From Longimicrobiales bacterium (GTDB lineage: Bacteria > Gemmatimonadota > Gemmatimonadetes > Longimicrobiales > Gaopeijiaceae), in contig CBDANQ010000031.1 in NCBI GenBank assembly GCA_965197725.1, positions 1-61,827 on the forward strand: 61,827 nucleotides of DNA, in the 5' to 3' direction. Shown piece by piece: positions 9,968 to 20,022 of this stretch (positions within the stretch are counted from its first letter, which is position 1; every line of letters starts with the position of its first letter). The notes beneath the pieces were generated by a model. The model was not told the DNA's origin. It saw nothing but the letters and a program-made list of their open reading frames with translations, and did not search any database. The position numbers were made by a program, and so were the translations under genes.

Positions 9968-12121
9968 TTACCGCGCGAGCGGGTCGGGCCTCAGCTGAAA
10001 GTGGACGACCTTGCTCGAAGTGCCCTTGCCGGTCTCGAGATGGAACGGCGCCCGGGTGCTGTACGTCGCCCACAGGCCCTTTCCCTTCCAGCCGGCGCTC
10101 GGATCGTCGACGCGGCCATCCATCCACTTGGTGTAGAACCCCAGAGGGTAAGGCACGCGCAGCACGACCCACTCCCCGTCCTGCAGCGCGAGCAGTCCTT
10201 CGGATCCATTGCCCGTGTTGATCGGCACGCCCTCGCCCAGCCCCAGCGTGTTGAACTGATCCACCCACGTGTAGTAGCTGGACTCGGCGCTACCGGAGTC
10301 GGTCAGACCCTTCAGCTGCGGTACGGGCTCCGGATACAACGTCCATCCCTCGGGGCAGTGGGGCCCCGTCGCGGTCGGCCCGTTGAGAGGCCCGGTGCAC
10401 TCGCCGCGATCGAAGCTCGCCATGTGCCCGCTCGCGAGCGCGGTCCAAACCACTCCGTCGCGATCGATGTCTCCGCCTCGTGGCGAGTAGCCCTGCACTG
10501 GAGCATCCGGGGTGCCCCACGGCGGCTCGTAGAACTCCGTGAGACCCGTTTGCGGGTCGAACCGGATGACCCCTCCCGGGAATCCCAGTGACGTACCCCA
10601 GATCGAGCCATCGATGGGGTTGAACGCGACGCCGTAGTAACCCGAAGTGATTCGCTTGTCCTTGGTGGGGTCGATCGGCTCACCCGGCTCGACCCACGCG
10701 TCCTGCGTGCCGTTACCGTTGGTGTCGAGGATGAGCGGAGACCAGCCCTGTGACACTTCTTCGTCTCCGGTCTCGTCGTACATCTTGGTGTTCAGCCAAC
10801 CGATGACCTGGCCACCACCGCTCGTCCACAGTGTGTGGTTGTCGTCTTCCGCGAAGATCAGATGATGCGTGCTGAAGCACGTGCTGATGAGCGCAAAATC
10901 CTCGGTCGCTGGATCGAACATGGCCAGGTTGCGGCCGGTTCGGGTCGTAGGGAAGCGCTGCGCGGACGGATGGTCGGAGCCCTCCCGACAGAAGGGCGGA
11001 TTCTCGAAGCCACGAACCCTGGACGTAAGCCAGACGCGTGCGCGGTGATCGAGCATCGGATTGTGGACGTTCGCCCGACTGTCCCAAATCGATTCGTCCC
11101 CCCAGTACGGCGACGGCGCCATCGGTGGCCCCGACGCGACCGGCGTGTTCGGATCACGTACCGGTACCGGCACCTGGCTCGCTTGGTGGCGCAGGGGGTC
11201 CAGGACGGGCACATAGTCCGCGCTCGCCTCGAGCGCGCCGTAGATCGGCCCGTTCGCGTTGACGGTGGGGTCGCGCTTGTCGGTGGATGCCTCATCGTGA
11301 AGATACGCCTTAGGATCCGCCCAGTCCCACTGGGAAATGACGACGTTGCGCTCTACGCCTGACGGCCGCGGCGGCGCGGGAGGTACTTCGCCCGCGACGA
11401 TCCGGTCGGTCCAGTCCGCGAACATCTCGAGCCCCGCCTCCAGGCCCAAGCGGTTGAGGCCGCCGACCATGCTGCCGCCGGCCTGCCCGGACTGGATGCG
11501 CCGTTCCCATCCGGCCACGGTCGTCGGAAATTCGCCGAGCTGCGAGGGAATTTCCCGAGTCGCCTTGTTGCCGAGCTGGTGACACGCCGTGCACCCCCCG
11601 GACTTGAGATACCGGATCCACTGGGCTTGGCTCTCCATGGCGGGAGAGATGCCGTTCCCATCCGGCCCCGTGCCCGGAAATTGATCCTTGTCAGGTACAC
11701 TGATCAGTGAGAGCCAATATCCCGCCGGGTAGTATTGCGCCGCGGCGTGCGGGTCGGGCGCGGCCACCGCCGTAAGGTCGTGAGTGCTTCCGGGCGTGAC
11801 CGCCTGCTTCGGCGAATCGACGAGTCCGTACCCGCGCACCCACACGTCGTACGTCGCGCTCGGCAGGTCCGGAAGCACGTAGCGGCCGTCGTCGTCCGTC
11901 ACCACGATCTTGTTGAAGGTCGTGGGCAAGTCGGTGGTCTCCGCGATGACCCAGACGCCGGCCTCGGGCTCGTTGGGCCCGGTGACGACCCCACCGATGT
12001 CGTCGTCGTCGATGAGCACATTTCCGCCAGCCTGCTCACAGGCCGTCACTCCGAACAGCGACACAGTCGCGATGAAGGCGATGCCGACCGTGCTTCTCCG
12101 AGAGCTGACTTTCCCCATCAT
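9968..12121 (-). CDS. Putative lipoprotein with carboxypeptidase-regulatory-like N-domain, a CxxCH haem-c motif and a beta-rich C-terminal region
   Basis: Signal peptide ending GVTAC; GVVTGPNEPEAGVWVIAE..TDDDGRYVLPDLP..YDVWVRGYG; GGCTACHQLG; 717 aa uninterrupted. Confidence 0.7.
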   Translation of the reverse strand: MMGKVSSRRSTVGIAFIATVSLFGVTACEQAGGNVLIDDDDIGGVVTGPNEPEAGVWVIAETTDLPTTFNKIVVTDDDGRYVLPDLPSATYDVWVRGYGLVDSPKQAVTPGSTHDLTAVAAPDPHAAAQYYPAGYWLSLISVPDKDQFPGTGPDGNGISPAMESQAQWIRYLKSGGCTACHQLGNKATREIPSQLGEFPTTVAGWERRIQSGQAGGSMVGGLNRLGLEAGLEMFADWTDRIVAGEVPPAPPRPSGVERNVVISQWDWADPKAYLHDEASTDKRDPTVNANGPIYGALEASADYVPVLDPLRHQASQVPVPVRDPNTPVASGPPMAPSPYWGDESIWDSRANVHNPMLDHRARVWLTSRVRGFENPPFCREGSDHPSAQRFPTTRTGRNLAMFDPATEDFALISTCFSTHHLIFAEDDNHTLWTSGGGQVIGWLNTKMYDETGDEEVSQGWSPLILDTNGNGTQDAWVEPGEPIDPTKDKRITSGYYGVAFNPIDGSIWGTSLGFPGGVIRFDPQTGLTEFYEPPWGTPDAPVQGYSPRGGDIDRDGVVWTALASGHMASFDRGECTGPLNGPTATGPHCPEGWTLYPEPVPQLKGLTDSGSAESSYYTWVDQFNTLGLGEGVPINTGNGSEGLLALQDGEWVVLRVPYPLGFYTKWMDGRVDDPSAGWKGKGLWATYSTRAPFHLETGKGTSSKVVHFQLRPDPLAR

Positions 12122-12306
12122 GGTTCCCTCCTCGCGCAGCGTGCCGTTTCTGAAAGAGACATGACTCGAGGAGTCCGCACCAGGGTGTCCCGTCGCAGGC
12201 TAGCGCTTACCTAGAGCCCGCCCGCCCGCGCGGCCTGCGTCATTTAGTCTGCCGCACGGAACGCCAGCGCTTGGATCGTCATCGTGCGGGCACGTCTTGC
12301 GCGCCC

Positions 12307-12500
12307 TCAGACTGCGCAGCACGAGAGCGTCGCGACATCCTTCTCGAAGGTCAGCGCCGTGAGCTTGATCCCTTCCGACAACGTCAGGTAGGGGTGAAGC
12401 GTCGAGGTCAGGTCGTCGATCGTGAGGCCGAATCTCACCGCCAGCGTGGGCTCCATGCTCATCTCACCGGCCTCTGCGGCCACGATGTGCGCGCCATGCT
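12307..12500 (-). pseudogene. merA: Mercuric reductase C-terminal fragment
   Basis: [12 protein letters not shown]...[44 protein letters not shown] with the MerA C-terminal Cys-Cys pair; upstream part of the ORF looks unrelated. Confidence 0.8.
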
Positions 12501-12808
12501 GAGGGACACGCTCGTCCGGCTTGATCGCGACCAGCCCCCTATCCCAGGATGCCGCTGTGCCGTCATCGAGGCGCACGGTTAGCCACGCCTCACCTCCCGC
12601 GTCACGCCAGTCGCGCTGGTCCATGTCATGAGCGATGCGCCTGGCAGGCTCGTCAGGCGAGGCCGGGCCGGCCGGTGACTGAGCAAACGCTTGCGAACTT
12701 CGGCCTTGACGGTTCTCTCCTGCCCCCCGACTGTGGAGGCTCTCAGGGGAGCCGGTGTGGGCTCTGCCGACGTCGGGTGTGTATCAATCGCACGAGTGGA
12801 GGAACACA

Positions 12809-13351
12809 ATGAAGAGCTTCATCCTTGCCGTCCTCTGCCTGCTCACCGGGTCGGCGAGTGCGCACGCGCAGAGCGCGATCGACATGGCGTTGGCGCCGTT
12901 GCCCGCAAGGGCGAGGGCGAGTGCCACGGTCATCAAGTGGAATGCCGACCACACGTACGAGACCATCAAGGAGGGTACCAGCCAGCTGGTCTGCTACGAC
13001 CGGTCTTCGGAGCGTGATCGGAGGCCGTTCGCCGTGCAGTGCACGAACAAGGCGAACCTCGACAGAGTTGCGCAAAACCGGCTTTTCCGGACGAAGACGG
13101 CCAACGGCGCCGAGGAGCGTGCGATGATCGTGGCGGCCGAGGCGAACGGCACGCGCGCGTCAGTCCAGTACGGGTCGATGTGGATTGCCATGGCGGGTCC
13201 GGATCAAGCGAGCGCCGGGATCCATACCACCATCGCCGTGCCGGGCGCGACCGCGGCGTCCACTGGCTTTCCGGTCACCCGCGACGCAGGTGGCGCCTAC
13301 CTCATGGACGCAGGCACGGGCGGCGCCCATATCATGATACCGGGTCGCTAG
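12809..13351 (+). CDS. Hypothetical secreted protein
   Basis: GGAGGA SD, Sec-type signal MKSFILAVLCLLTGSASAHA; ALAPLP..ATVI, LVCYD and GTGGAHIMIP segments; followed by a terminator. Confidence 0.75.
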   Translation: MKSFILAVLCLLTGSASAHAQSAIDMALAPLPARARASATVIKWNADHTYETIKEGTSQLVCYDRSSERDRRPFAVQCTNKANLDRVAQNRLFRTKTANGAEERAMIVAAEANGTRASVQYGSMWIAMAGPDQASAGIHTTIAVPGATAASTGFPVTRDAGGAYLMDAGTGGAHIMIPGR

Positions 13352-13375
13352 CTCCAAGAGCGAAGAAAAGATAAG

Positions 13376-13413
13376 AGGCCCCGCGGCGGTTCTCGACGCT
13401 GCGGGGCCTTTCT
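13376..13413 (+). terminator. Intrinsic terminator hairpin
   Basis: AGGCCCCGCGGCG / CGCTGCGGGGCCT stem followed by TTCT, ~25 bp after the stop codon. Confidence 0.7.
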
Positions 13414-13636
13414 CCCTGGCAAGAATGGCGTGTGTGCCGGCCCTGTGCTCCTTCAATCCCGCCGGGCCGAGACCAGCGGTCCCGCGGATTCAAAATTCCG
13501 CTCGAGGGACGTCGCTATGTCTCGGGCCGCAAACCCGTAGCTGCCATCGAGGTTGGTCCGCACCGGCAAAGGCGCCAGTCTGGCGTTCCCGGTGCTGATC
13601 GTCCCGCCGGGCGGGGCCGACACGCCTTGGGGTGCT

Positions 13637-14685
13637 CTACCCCCACAACGTCTCGACCGACTGGCTGGCCGAAGGCAGGGTCTCCCCCAAGACCTCGACG
13701 GGCCGCCGCCGGTCGTTTCCGGGCCGAGCCGGGTACGCGTTGGCCAGTTTGAAGGCCATGACCTCGGCCTCGCCTACTTCGTCGGGGCGCTCATGGTAGA
13801 AGCGCCCGTGCGTCAGAATCGTCAAGTGTGGCGGAACGACCACGGGCGTGGTTCCCGTCAGCCCGACGCACCGCGCCGCCGCTTTCGCCAGGATCTTGTC
13901 CAACAGTTCGACGGAGAGTCGCTTCGTCATGAAGATGCTACCGAACGCCCCTCGCAGCTCTCCCTGGTATTCGTTCGCTATGGCGGTCTCGATGGGAATG
14001 ATGGAGGCCCCGTCCGGCCGCTGCCAAGGCTGGCGCTCGAGCGAGACTAGGAAGTACCCCGGATCGATCTCGTACACGCCCTCCGGGTTTAACCGCACGG
14101 CACCGTTGCGCCCGATCTGACCGACCACGACTTCCAGATTGGGAACGAACTTGCGGAGATTCCCTGCGAGCGTGGTCACCACGTGCTCGCGCTCAGCGAG
14201 CTCAGCCAACGGAAAGCCCTTGAAGCTGATCTCGGGGATGAACAGCTTGAACTGGTCGCGTATCTCGGGCATGAACGGCCTCAGGTACTGACCGGATACG
14301 TCCGTCACTACGCCGTCCTCGATCGAGAACTGAAAGGCATGTGTCACCCCCATACCATCCCCATCCGCCGGGAGCTCGTTCTGGAGGTACTGGGTGAACA
14401 GGCTGGTATCGAACCCCTCAGGAATCTGGTCCTTGCGAAGGACCTTGAGCCGCCGCGGTCCGACGAGCTCGCCGTCGTGGGAGAAGTCGAGGAGTGGCGT
14501 GAAGCTCACCGTCCTGGCATTGCTGGAGATCACTCCCGCGAGAAGGATCTTCGAGTACTGTTGGAGGATTGGAATCCGCTCGAAGTGCCCGTCCTCCCCC
14601 ACCTGCGTTACATCGATGATATGGACGACGTCGTCCTTGACCCCGTAGACGTAGATGCTGCCCTGCGCGGGGTCCCCGTGGATGT
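13637..14685 (-). pseudogene. 5'-truncated gene of unknown function (~350 codons remain)
   Basis: The C-terminal half of ORF 13637..15907 has protein-like composition (GSIYVYGVKDDVVHIIDV..., MGVTHAFQF, HLTILTHGRFYHE); its apparent N-terminal half is only the antisense of the fdhF-like gene. Confidence 0.55.
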
Positions 14686-16194
14686 CCTGGTCGTGAACCC
14701 TTACCGTGAGCCTGCGATGGAGCGGTATTGGATTCCGTCGGTTTTCGACAGCGCGCTCTTCGGCACCAAGCTGGCCGACGACTTCGTGCAGGTGCACCAG
14801 GGTGGCGACGTCGCGTTTCTCAACGGGGTGCTCAAGCACCTCATCGACACGGACGGAGTCGACCGCGAATTCATCGACCGACACACCGAGGGATTCGCGA
14901 AGCTCGAGTGCGAGGTGGCGGGGCAGTCGTGGTCGGAGCTCGAGCGCTTCAGCGGTGTGACACGAGAAGGCATGACCGACTTCGCCGAGACCGTGGCCAA
15001 GGCGCGGAGCGCGGTGTTCATCTGGAGCATGGGCATTACCCAGCACCGCTTTGGAGTCGACAACGTACAGGCCATCGTCAACCTCGCCTTGGCTCGCGGC
15101 TTCCTCGGGAGAGAGAAGTGTGGGCTCATGCCGATCCGAGGCCACAGCGGGGTGCAGGGCGGCGCGGAGGTCGGAGCGGTGCCGTGGTCGTTCCCGGGTG
15201 GTCGAGCCGTCACCGCACAGGGCGCCGCGGAGATGTCCGAGTTGTGGGGCTTCGACGTGCCCGACTGGCGCGGGCTGTCCGCCGTTGAGACGGTCCACGC
15301 GGCGCACCGCGGGGAGATTGACGCGCTGTGGGCGATCGGTGGTGACTATCTGGGTACGCTTCCCGATCCCGCGTACTGTAGGGAGGCGCTCCAGCGAGTT
15401 CCCCTGCGTGTGCACCAAGACATCGTGCTCGCACACCATATGTTCGTCGAGCCCGAAGACATTGTCGTTCTGCTGCCCGCGACGACGCGCTACGAGCAGC
15501 CGGGCGGCGGAACCGAGACGGCTACCGAGCGGCGGATCTACTTCTCTCCAGAGATCCCTGGGCCCCGCATCGAGGAGGCCCGCTCCGAGTGGGAGGTGCT
15601 CGTGGAGCTGGCCGCCCGAGTCGACCCCGATCGCGCCGAACTTCTGGGACTCACGGATGCGCTCGAAGGGCGACGCGACATCGCGCGGGCGGTGCCGTTC
15701 TACCGGGGTATCGAGCGGCTTGCGGCGGCGGGCGATGCGATCCAATGGGGCGGCCCACGCCTCTGTGAAGGTGGACGCTCCGCGCTCCCGGGCGGTCGTT
15801 CCCGATTCCATCCGGTGCATCCTTCGGAGCTGGATATCCCGGAGGGCTGGTTCCATTTGAGCACGCGGCGCGGCAAGCAGTTCAATTCGATGATCCAAGC
15901 GAGGCACGATCCGCTCACAAGCGGAGAACGGGACGATGTCTTCATGGCCGCGGCAGACGCCGCGCGCCTGGGGGACTGGCGGACGGTGACCCGGTAGCCC
16001 TGCGTTCCGACGTGGGCTCGTTCTCCGGTCGCTGCCGCATCGCCCCCGTGAAGGAGCGCAACCTCCAGGTCTACTGGCCCGAGGCGAACCCCATGATCCG
16101 GCGTGACGTCGTGGAGCCCGAGTGTGGAATCCCGGATTTCACGGCGATCGTGGAGGTCGTGCGGGCCGACGCGGATGGCGAGGCCGGGGACTGA
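14686..16194 (+). pseudogene. FdhF/YdeP-family molybdopterin oxidoreductase, 5'-truncated and frameshifted near 15972
   Basis: VVNPYREPAMERYWIPS, WSMGITQH, GLMPIRGHSGVQG, LPATTRYEQPGGGTET, LSTRRGKQFNSM; C-terminus VYWPEAN..ECGIPDF in another frame after a G-run; the N-terminal region is absent. Confidence 0.82.
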
Positions 16195-17038
16195 CGTGAT
16201 CGGACGGGGGAGCCCCACCCGCTCCGTACGCGTCGCGCGTCACCGTGACGGACGCGTGGTTCGGCAGAAGGACACTCTCGCGGTCGAAGAGCCGCTCGAG
16301 ATCCGAGTCTCGTGGACCGCGGGCGACCGCCGCCTCATCGAACCTATCGCGATCACGATGCGCACCCCGGGCGACGACTTCGAGCTGGTCGCGGGCTTCC
16401 TCCACGGCGAGGGAATCGTGTCGAAGGCCGACGACGTTCACGAACTGACCTACTGTCGCGAGGACGAGGCTCAACATTACAACATCGTCGAGGCTCGCTT
16501 GCGCTCCGGGGTCCCGTTCGACGCGGACGCGATGCGTCGGAACGTGTTCACATCGTCGAGTTGTGGCATCTGCGGTAAGGCATCGATCGAAGCTGTGCGG
16601 GCGACGGGTTGCTCGATATTGCCCGCCGGTTTTCGGGTTCCCGGCGCGCTCTTGTGCGATCTGCCCGATCGACTTCTGGCGGCGCAGGGCGTCTTCGCCC
16701 GCACCGGAGGGCTGCACGCCGCTGGTCTCTTCCGGGTGGACGGGTCCTTGGACGTGCTGCGCGAGGACGTCGGCCGTCACAATGCCGTAGACAAGGTGTT
16801 CGGACATTCGTTGCTCTCTAGAGTCTTGCCAGCCCAGGACAGGGTGTTGGTTGTGAGCGGGCGCGCCTCGTTCGAGATCGTGCAAAAGGCGCTCATGGCC
16901 CAGGTGCCGGTACTCGTCGCGGTCGGCGCGCCGTCGAGTCTGGCCGTCGATCTCGCGAGCCGGTTCCACCAAACCCTCGTCGGCTTCGCGCGTGATCGCG
17001 GCTTCAACGTCTACTGTGGAGCCGAGCGCGTCCGATGA
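16175..17038 (+). CDS. fdhD: Formate dehydrogenase accessory sulfurtransferase
   Basis: VEEPLEIR, TMRTPGDDFEL, SSCGICG, TGGLHAAGL, REDVGRHNAVDK, GAPSSLAV; start at 16175 or GTG 16196. Confidence 0.93.
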   Translation: MARPGTDVIGRGSPTRSVRVARHRDGRVVRQKDTLAVEEPLEIRVSWTAGDRRLIEPIAITMRTPGDDFELVAGFLHGEGIVSKADDVHELTYCREDEAQHYNIVEARLRSGVPFDADAMRRNVFTSSSCGICGKASIEAVRATGCSILPAGFRVPGALLCDLPDRLLAAQGVFARTGGLHAAGLFRVDGSLDVLREDVGRHNAVDKVFGHSLLSRVLPAQDRVLVVSGRASFEIVQKALMAQVPVLVAVGAPSSLAVDLASRFHQTLVGFARDRGFNVYCGAERVR

Positions 17039-17625
17039 GGCTCCTGGGTGCCGTACTCGCGGGTGGGCGAAGCCGCCGCTACGGACGCGACAAGGCGATG
17101 GAGCTCGTTGCCGGCGTGCCGATGCTGCACCGCGCGATTCATGCGCTCGAAGCCACGACGGATGAGGTCGTGGTCATCTCGTGCAACCACGCTGAGGTCC
17201 CCAAGGGGATCAGGGGGCTTCCTGACGCGATGCCGGGGCATGGGCCTTTGGGTGGGCTACACACCGCGTTGTTGGAGGCCGAGGCGTGCCAGTTGCACGC
17301 CGTGCTGCTTCTCGCGTGTGATCTCCCTCTCGTCGGTGAGCGGGTCATGGCTGCGATTGCGGCACAGGCCGAGACATCGTTGGCGGCTGCGCCGAGGCGA
17401 CCCGGTGGCGTCGAGCCTCTCTCTGCCGTGTCTGGCTGCTCTGCGCTGCCGTTGGTGGCGGAACGACTCGCTGAGTCTGACCTTTCGCTGCACTCGCTCT
17501 TCCGCGCGCTCGACGGTCGGGAGCTGGACCTGGCCTCGCTCGGCTTGGAGACCGGAGCGTCCTTTCTCAACGTGAACACACCGGAGGACCTTGTGAGGGC
17601 GGAGCTCCACCAGGACTTGGAGTGA
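17035..17625 (+). CDS. mobA: Molybdenum cofactor guanylyltransferase
   Basis: VLAGGRSRRYGRDKA, GPLGGL, LACDLP, FLNVNTPED; 4 bp overlap with fdhD. Confidence 0.9.
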   Translation: MRLLGAVLAGGRSRRYGRDKAMELVAGVPMLHRAIHALEATTDEVVVISCNHAEVPKGIRGLPDAMPGHGPLGGLHTALLEAEACQLHAVLLLACDLPLVGERVMAAIAAQAETSLAAAPRRPGGVEPLSAVSGCSALPLVAERLAESDLSLHSLFRALDGRELDLASLGLETGASFLNVNTPEDLVRAELHQDLE

Positions 17626-17715
17626 GCATGGCCGAGACTGCGACTCCCCGGCTTGCCGGTTCGGCCCGCACTGCCGCATCTTGGGACCTTCCTTCTCACT
17701 CCATGGCAGAGCACG

Positions 17716-18195
17716 ATGATTCCTTCCAAATCCCTGACGTTCGTGACATTGCTGGCTCTCGCGGGTTGCGCGGGCAGCACGACTGTCGCGCAAGGACCCT
17801 CTGCCGCGAGCGACTCTGCCGGGGCCGCTACGGTCACCGCGGATAGCGGCGCCGGCGCGGATGCCGCTCCCGCCTCGTCGGCGCTCGGTTTTTCGGCGGC
17901 TCAGGCCGACCGAGGACGAAACGTTTTTCGTTCGACCTGTACCGCGTGCCACAGCTCGAGCGAGTTCAGCGACCGCCGGTTCAAGTTCAAGTGGCGGCGG
18001 CGCACGGCCGGTGATCTCTTCGAGATGGTGTCGACCCAGATGCCCGAGGATGCGCCCGGAAGCCTGGAACTCCAGCAATACACTGACATCGTGGCCTTCG
18101 TGCTACGAATGAACGGATTCGAACCGGGCGGCTCTGAGTTGCCGCCCGACGCAGCAGCGCTCGAAACGATCAGTCTGGCGCCATTCGTCAACTAG
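17716..18195 (+). CDS. c-type cytochrome lipoprotein
   Basis: LAGC lipobox, QADRGRNVF..CTACH, distal QMPEDAPGSL. Confidence 0.85.
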   Translation: MIPSKSLTFVTLLALAGCAGSTTVAQGPSAASDSAGAATVTADSGAGADAAPASSALGFSAAQADRGRNVFRSTCTACHSSSEFSDRRFKFKWRRRTAGDLFEMVSTQMPEDAPGSLELQQYTDIVAFVLRMNGFEPGGSELPPDAAALETISLAPFVN

Positions 18196-18237
18196 ACGGC
18201 GTATGGACGAAGGCCGACGGCCTCACCGGAGTCTTGG

Positions 18238-20022
18238 ATGAGCCCAACCCAGTCGGCAGTAGAGCTCCGAAACGGTCGCCCCCGGAAGACACGCGCCCGC
18301 GTGGCGCTCGCTTTTGTCGCGGTCGCGCTCATCGCGCTGGCGATTCTGCCGATCTATCTCGGACAACGCGTCGCGCGGGCACAGGAACAAATCACCGAAC
18401 ACCTCCAGCCTGCGCTGCTGGCGAGCGCGGAGCTGTCGCTCGCCCAAGCGCGCCTGGTGGACCTCCTCCAGCGATTCCTGCCGGCCGGCGAAGGATCGTA
18501 TCGCATACGGTACAACGCTGCGGTAGTGCGTGAGGACAGTCTCTACGCCGACCTGGCCGAGAGGGTTCGTGCCATGGATTTCGATGTCCGTGAGCGCTTG
18601 GCCGAACTCTCGGCGAAGTCGGCGCGTTGGCACTTCGAGAACCGGAGGGTCTTCGACGCGCCGGACGACGCCGTTGCCCGCCGGGTGCTCGCCGCGCAGA
18701 GTCTGGCCGCGTTCGACGATCTCCGGCGCGCTACTCGAGAGCTGGAACGCGCGATCGAGAGCCATGTCAACGAGGGCAAACGCAGGACGGCCCGCACGAT
18801 GCGCTTCCAGTTTTGGATCACGCTCAGTCTGGCCCTCGTCGCCCTCGCCGCGACGCTCGTGGTCGGGCTCGTGAGTCGACGGCTTCGGGGCCTCATGGCG
18901 GAAGGCGAACGGCGTCGCTCGGAGGCGGTGCGAGCTCGGCGCGAGATCGACGCGCTACTCGAGGCGACGGGAGACGGTGTTCTGGGAATCGACCTCGACG
19001 GGAAGTGCTCGTCGCTGAACCGGGTAGGGTGTGCGCTTCTGGGCTTCAGCGAACGCGAGATCCGGGGTCGTGATATGCACGACCTGGTCCATCACTCCAC
19101 CGCCGACGGAGAGCCCCGAGACCGCACGGAGTCGCCGATCCTTGCGGCGCTTCACGCGGGAGGCCATGTGGATTCCGGCGACGACGACGTGCTGTGGCGC
19201 TGCGACCGGACGTCGTTCCCGGCCCGTTGGTCGTTGCATCCGCTGGTCGATGGGGTGGAGCTGCGCGGCGCCGTCCTGACCTTCGCGGACATCAGCGAGC
19301 TTCGGGAGAAGGAGGCCGCCCTGCTGCGAGCGGTCCACCAGCGGGAAGAAGTCGTCTCGTTCGTTTCCCACGACCTGCGCAATCCTCTAGGCGTGGTCGC
19401 GGCCGCCGCAGACCTGCTCGTAGATCTGGCTTTGGATGAGGACGAGCGTCGGAAGCAAGCGCGGATCATCGCGCGATCCGCTGGCCGCATGGGTCGGCTC
19501 ATCGAGGCGCTGCTCGATGTGGCGCGCATCGAAGCGGGAGCGTTCGTCGTGCGTCCTTCTGCCGAGCACGTACGCCCGATCCTGGACGAGGCCAGAGAGC
19601 TTTTCGAGGGGCAGGCTGAGATGGCCGGCATCGAGCTGCTGGTGGAGGTCGATTTGCATGTGCCCCAGGCCAGAATGGACCGGGACCGCATGCTCCAGGC
19701 ACTCGCGAACCTGCTCGACAACGCGCTCCGATTCACGCCACCCGGCGGTTCCGTGACGCTCGGGGGCACGGAGCATGACGGCCGGGTGGTGCTCTCGGTG
19801 TCCGACAGCGGTGCGGGGATCACGCCCGAAGCCCTCGACCGGCTTTTTGACCGCTTCTGGCAGACCGCCGGACACGGTGGCGCCGGCCTCGGCCTCACGA
19901 TCGTCCAGGGTGTGGTGGAGGCCCACGGCGGTGTCGTGGAAGTGGACTCGGAGCCGGGGTCAGGGACCACGTTCCGGCTCTTACTACCGGTGGCTCATGT
20001 CTCGGCGGAGACCAACGCCTAA
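18238..20022 (+). CDS. Membrane sensor histidine kinase with PAS domain
   Basis: Two hydrophobic segments, PAS (GVLGIDLDG..N), H-box VSHDLRNPL, NLLDNALRF, DSGAGI, GAGLGL. Confidence 0.9.
   Translation: MSPTQSAVELRNGRPRKTRARVALAFVAVALIALAILPIYLGQRVARAQEQITEHLQPALLASAELSLAQARLVDLLQRFLPAGEGSYRIRYNAAVVREDSLYADLAERVRAMDFDVRERLAELSAKSARWHFENRRVFDAPDDAVARRVLAAQSLAAFDDLRRATRELERAIESHVNEGKRRTARTMRFQFWITLSLALVALAATLVVGLVSRRLRGLMAEGERRRSEAVRARREIDALLEATGDGVLGIDLDGKCSSLNRVGCALLGFSEREIRGRDMHDLVHHSTADGEPRDRTESPILAALHAGGHVDSGDDDVLWRCDRTSFPARWSLHPLVDGVELRGAVLTFADISELREKEAALLRAVHQREEVVSFVSHDLRNPLGVVAAAADLLVDLALDEDERRKQARIIARSAGRMGRLIEALLDVARIEAGAFVVRPSAEHVRPILDEARELFEGQAEMAGIELLVEVDLHVPQARMDRDRMLQALANLLDNALRFTPPGGSVTLGGTEHDGRVVLSVSDSGAGITPEALDRLFDRFWQTAGHGGAGLGLTIVQGVVEAHGGVVEVDSEPGSGTTFRLLLPVAHVSAETNA

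Noticed and set aside
15965..15980. Programmed frameshift or phase variation at the G-run in the fdhF-like gene
   Set aside because: The run is short and the gene is already 5'-truncated
13637..15997. True bidirectional overlapping genes (756 aa and 604 aa)
   Set aside because: Each ORF is protein-like on only one side of ~14685; the rest is a stop-poor antisense frame typical of high-GC DNA
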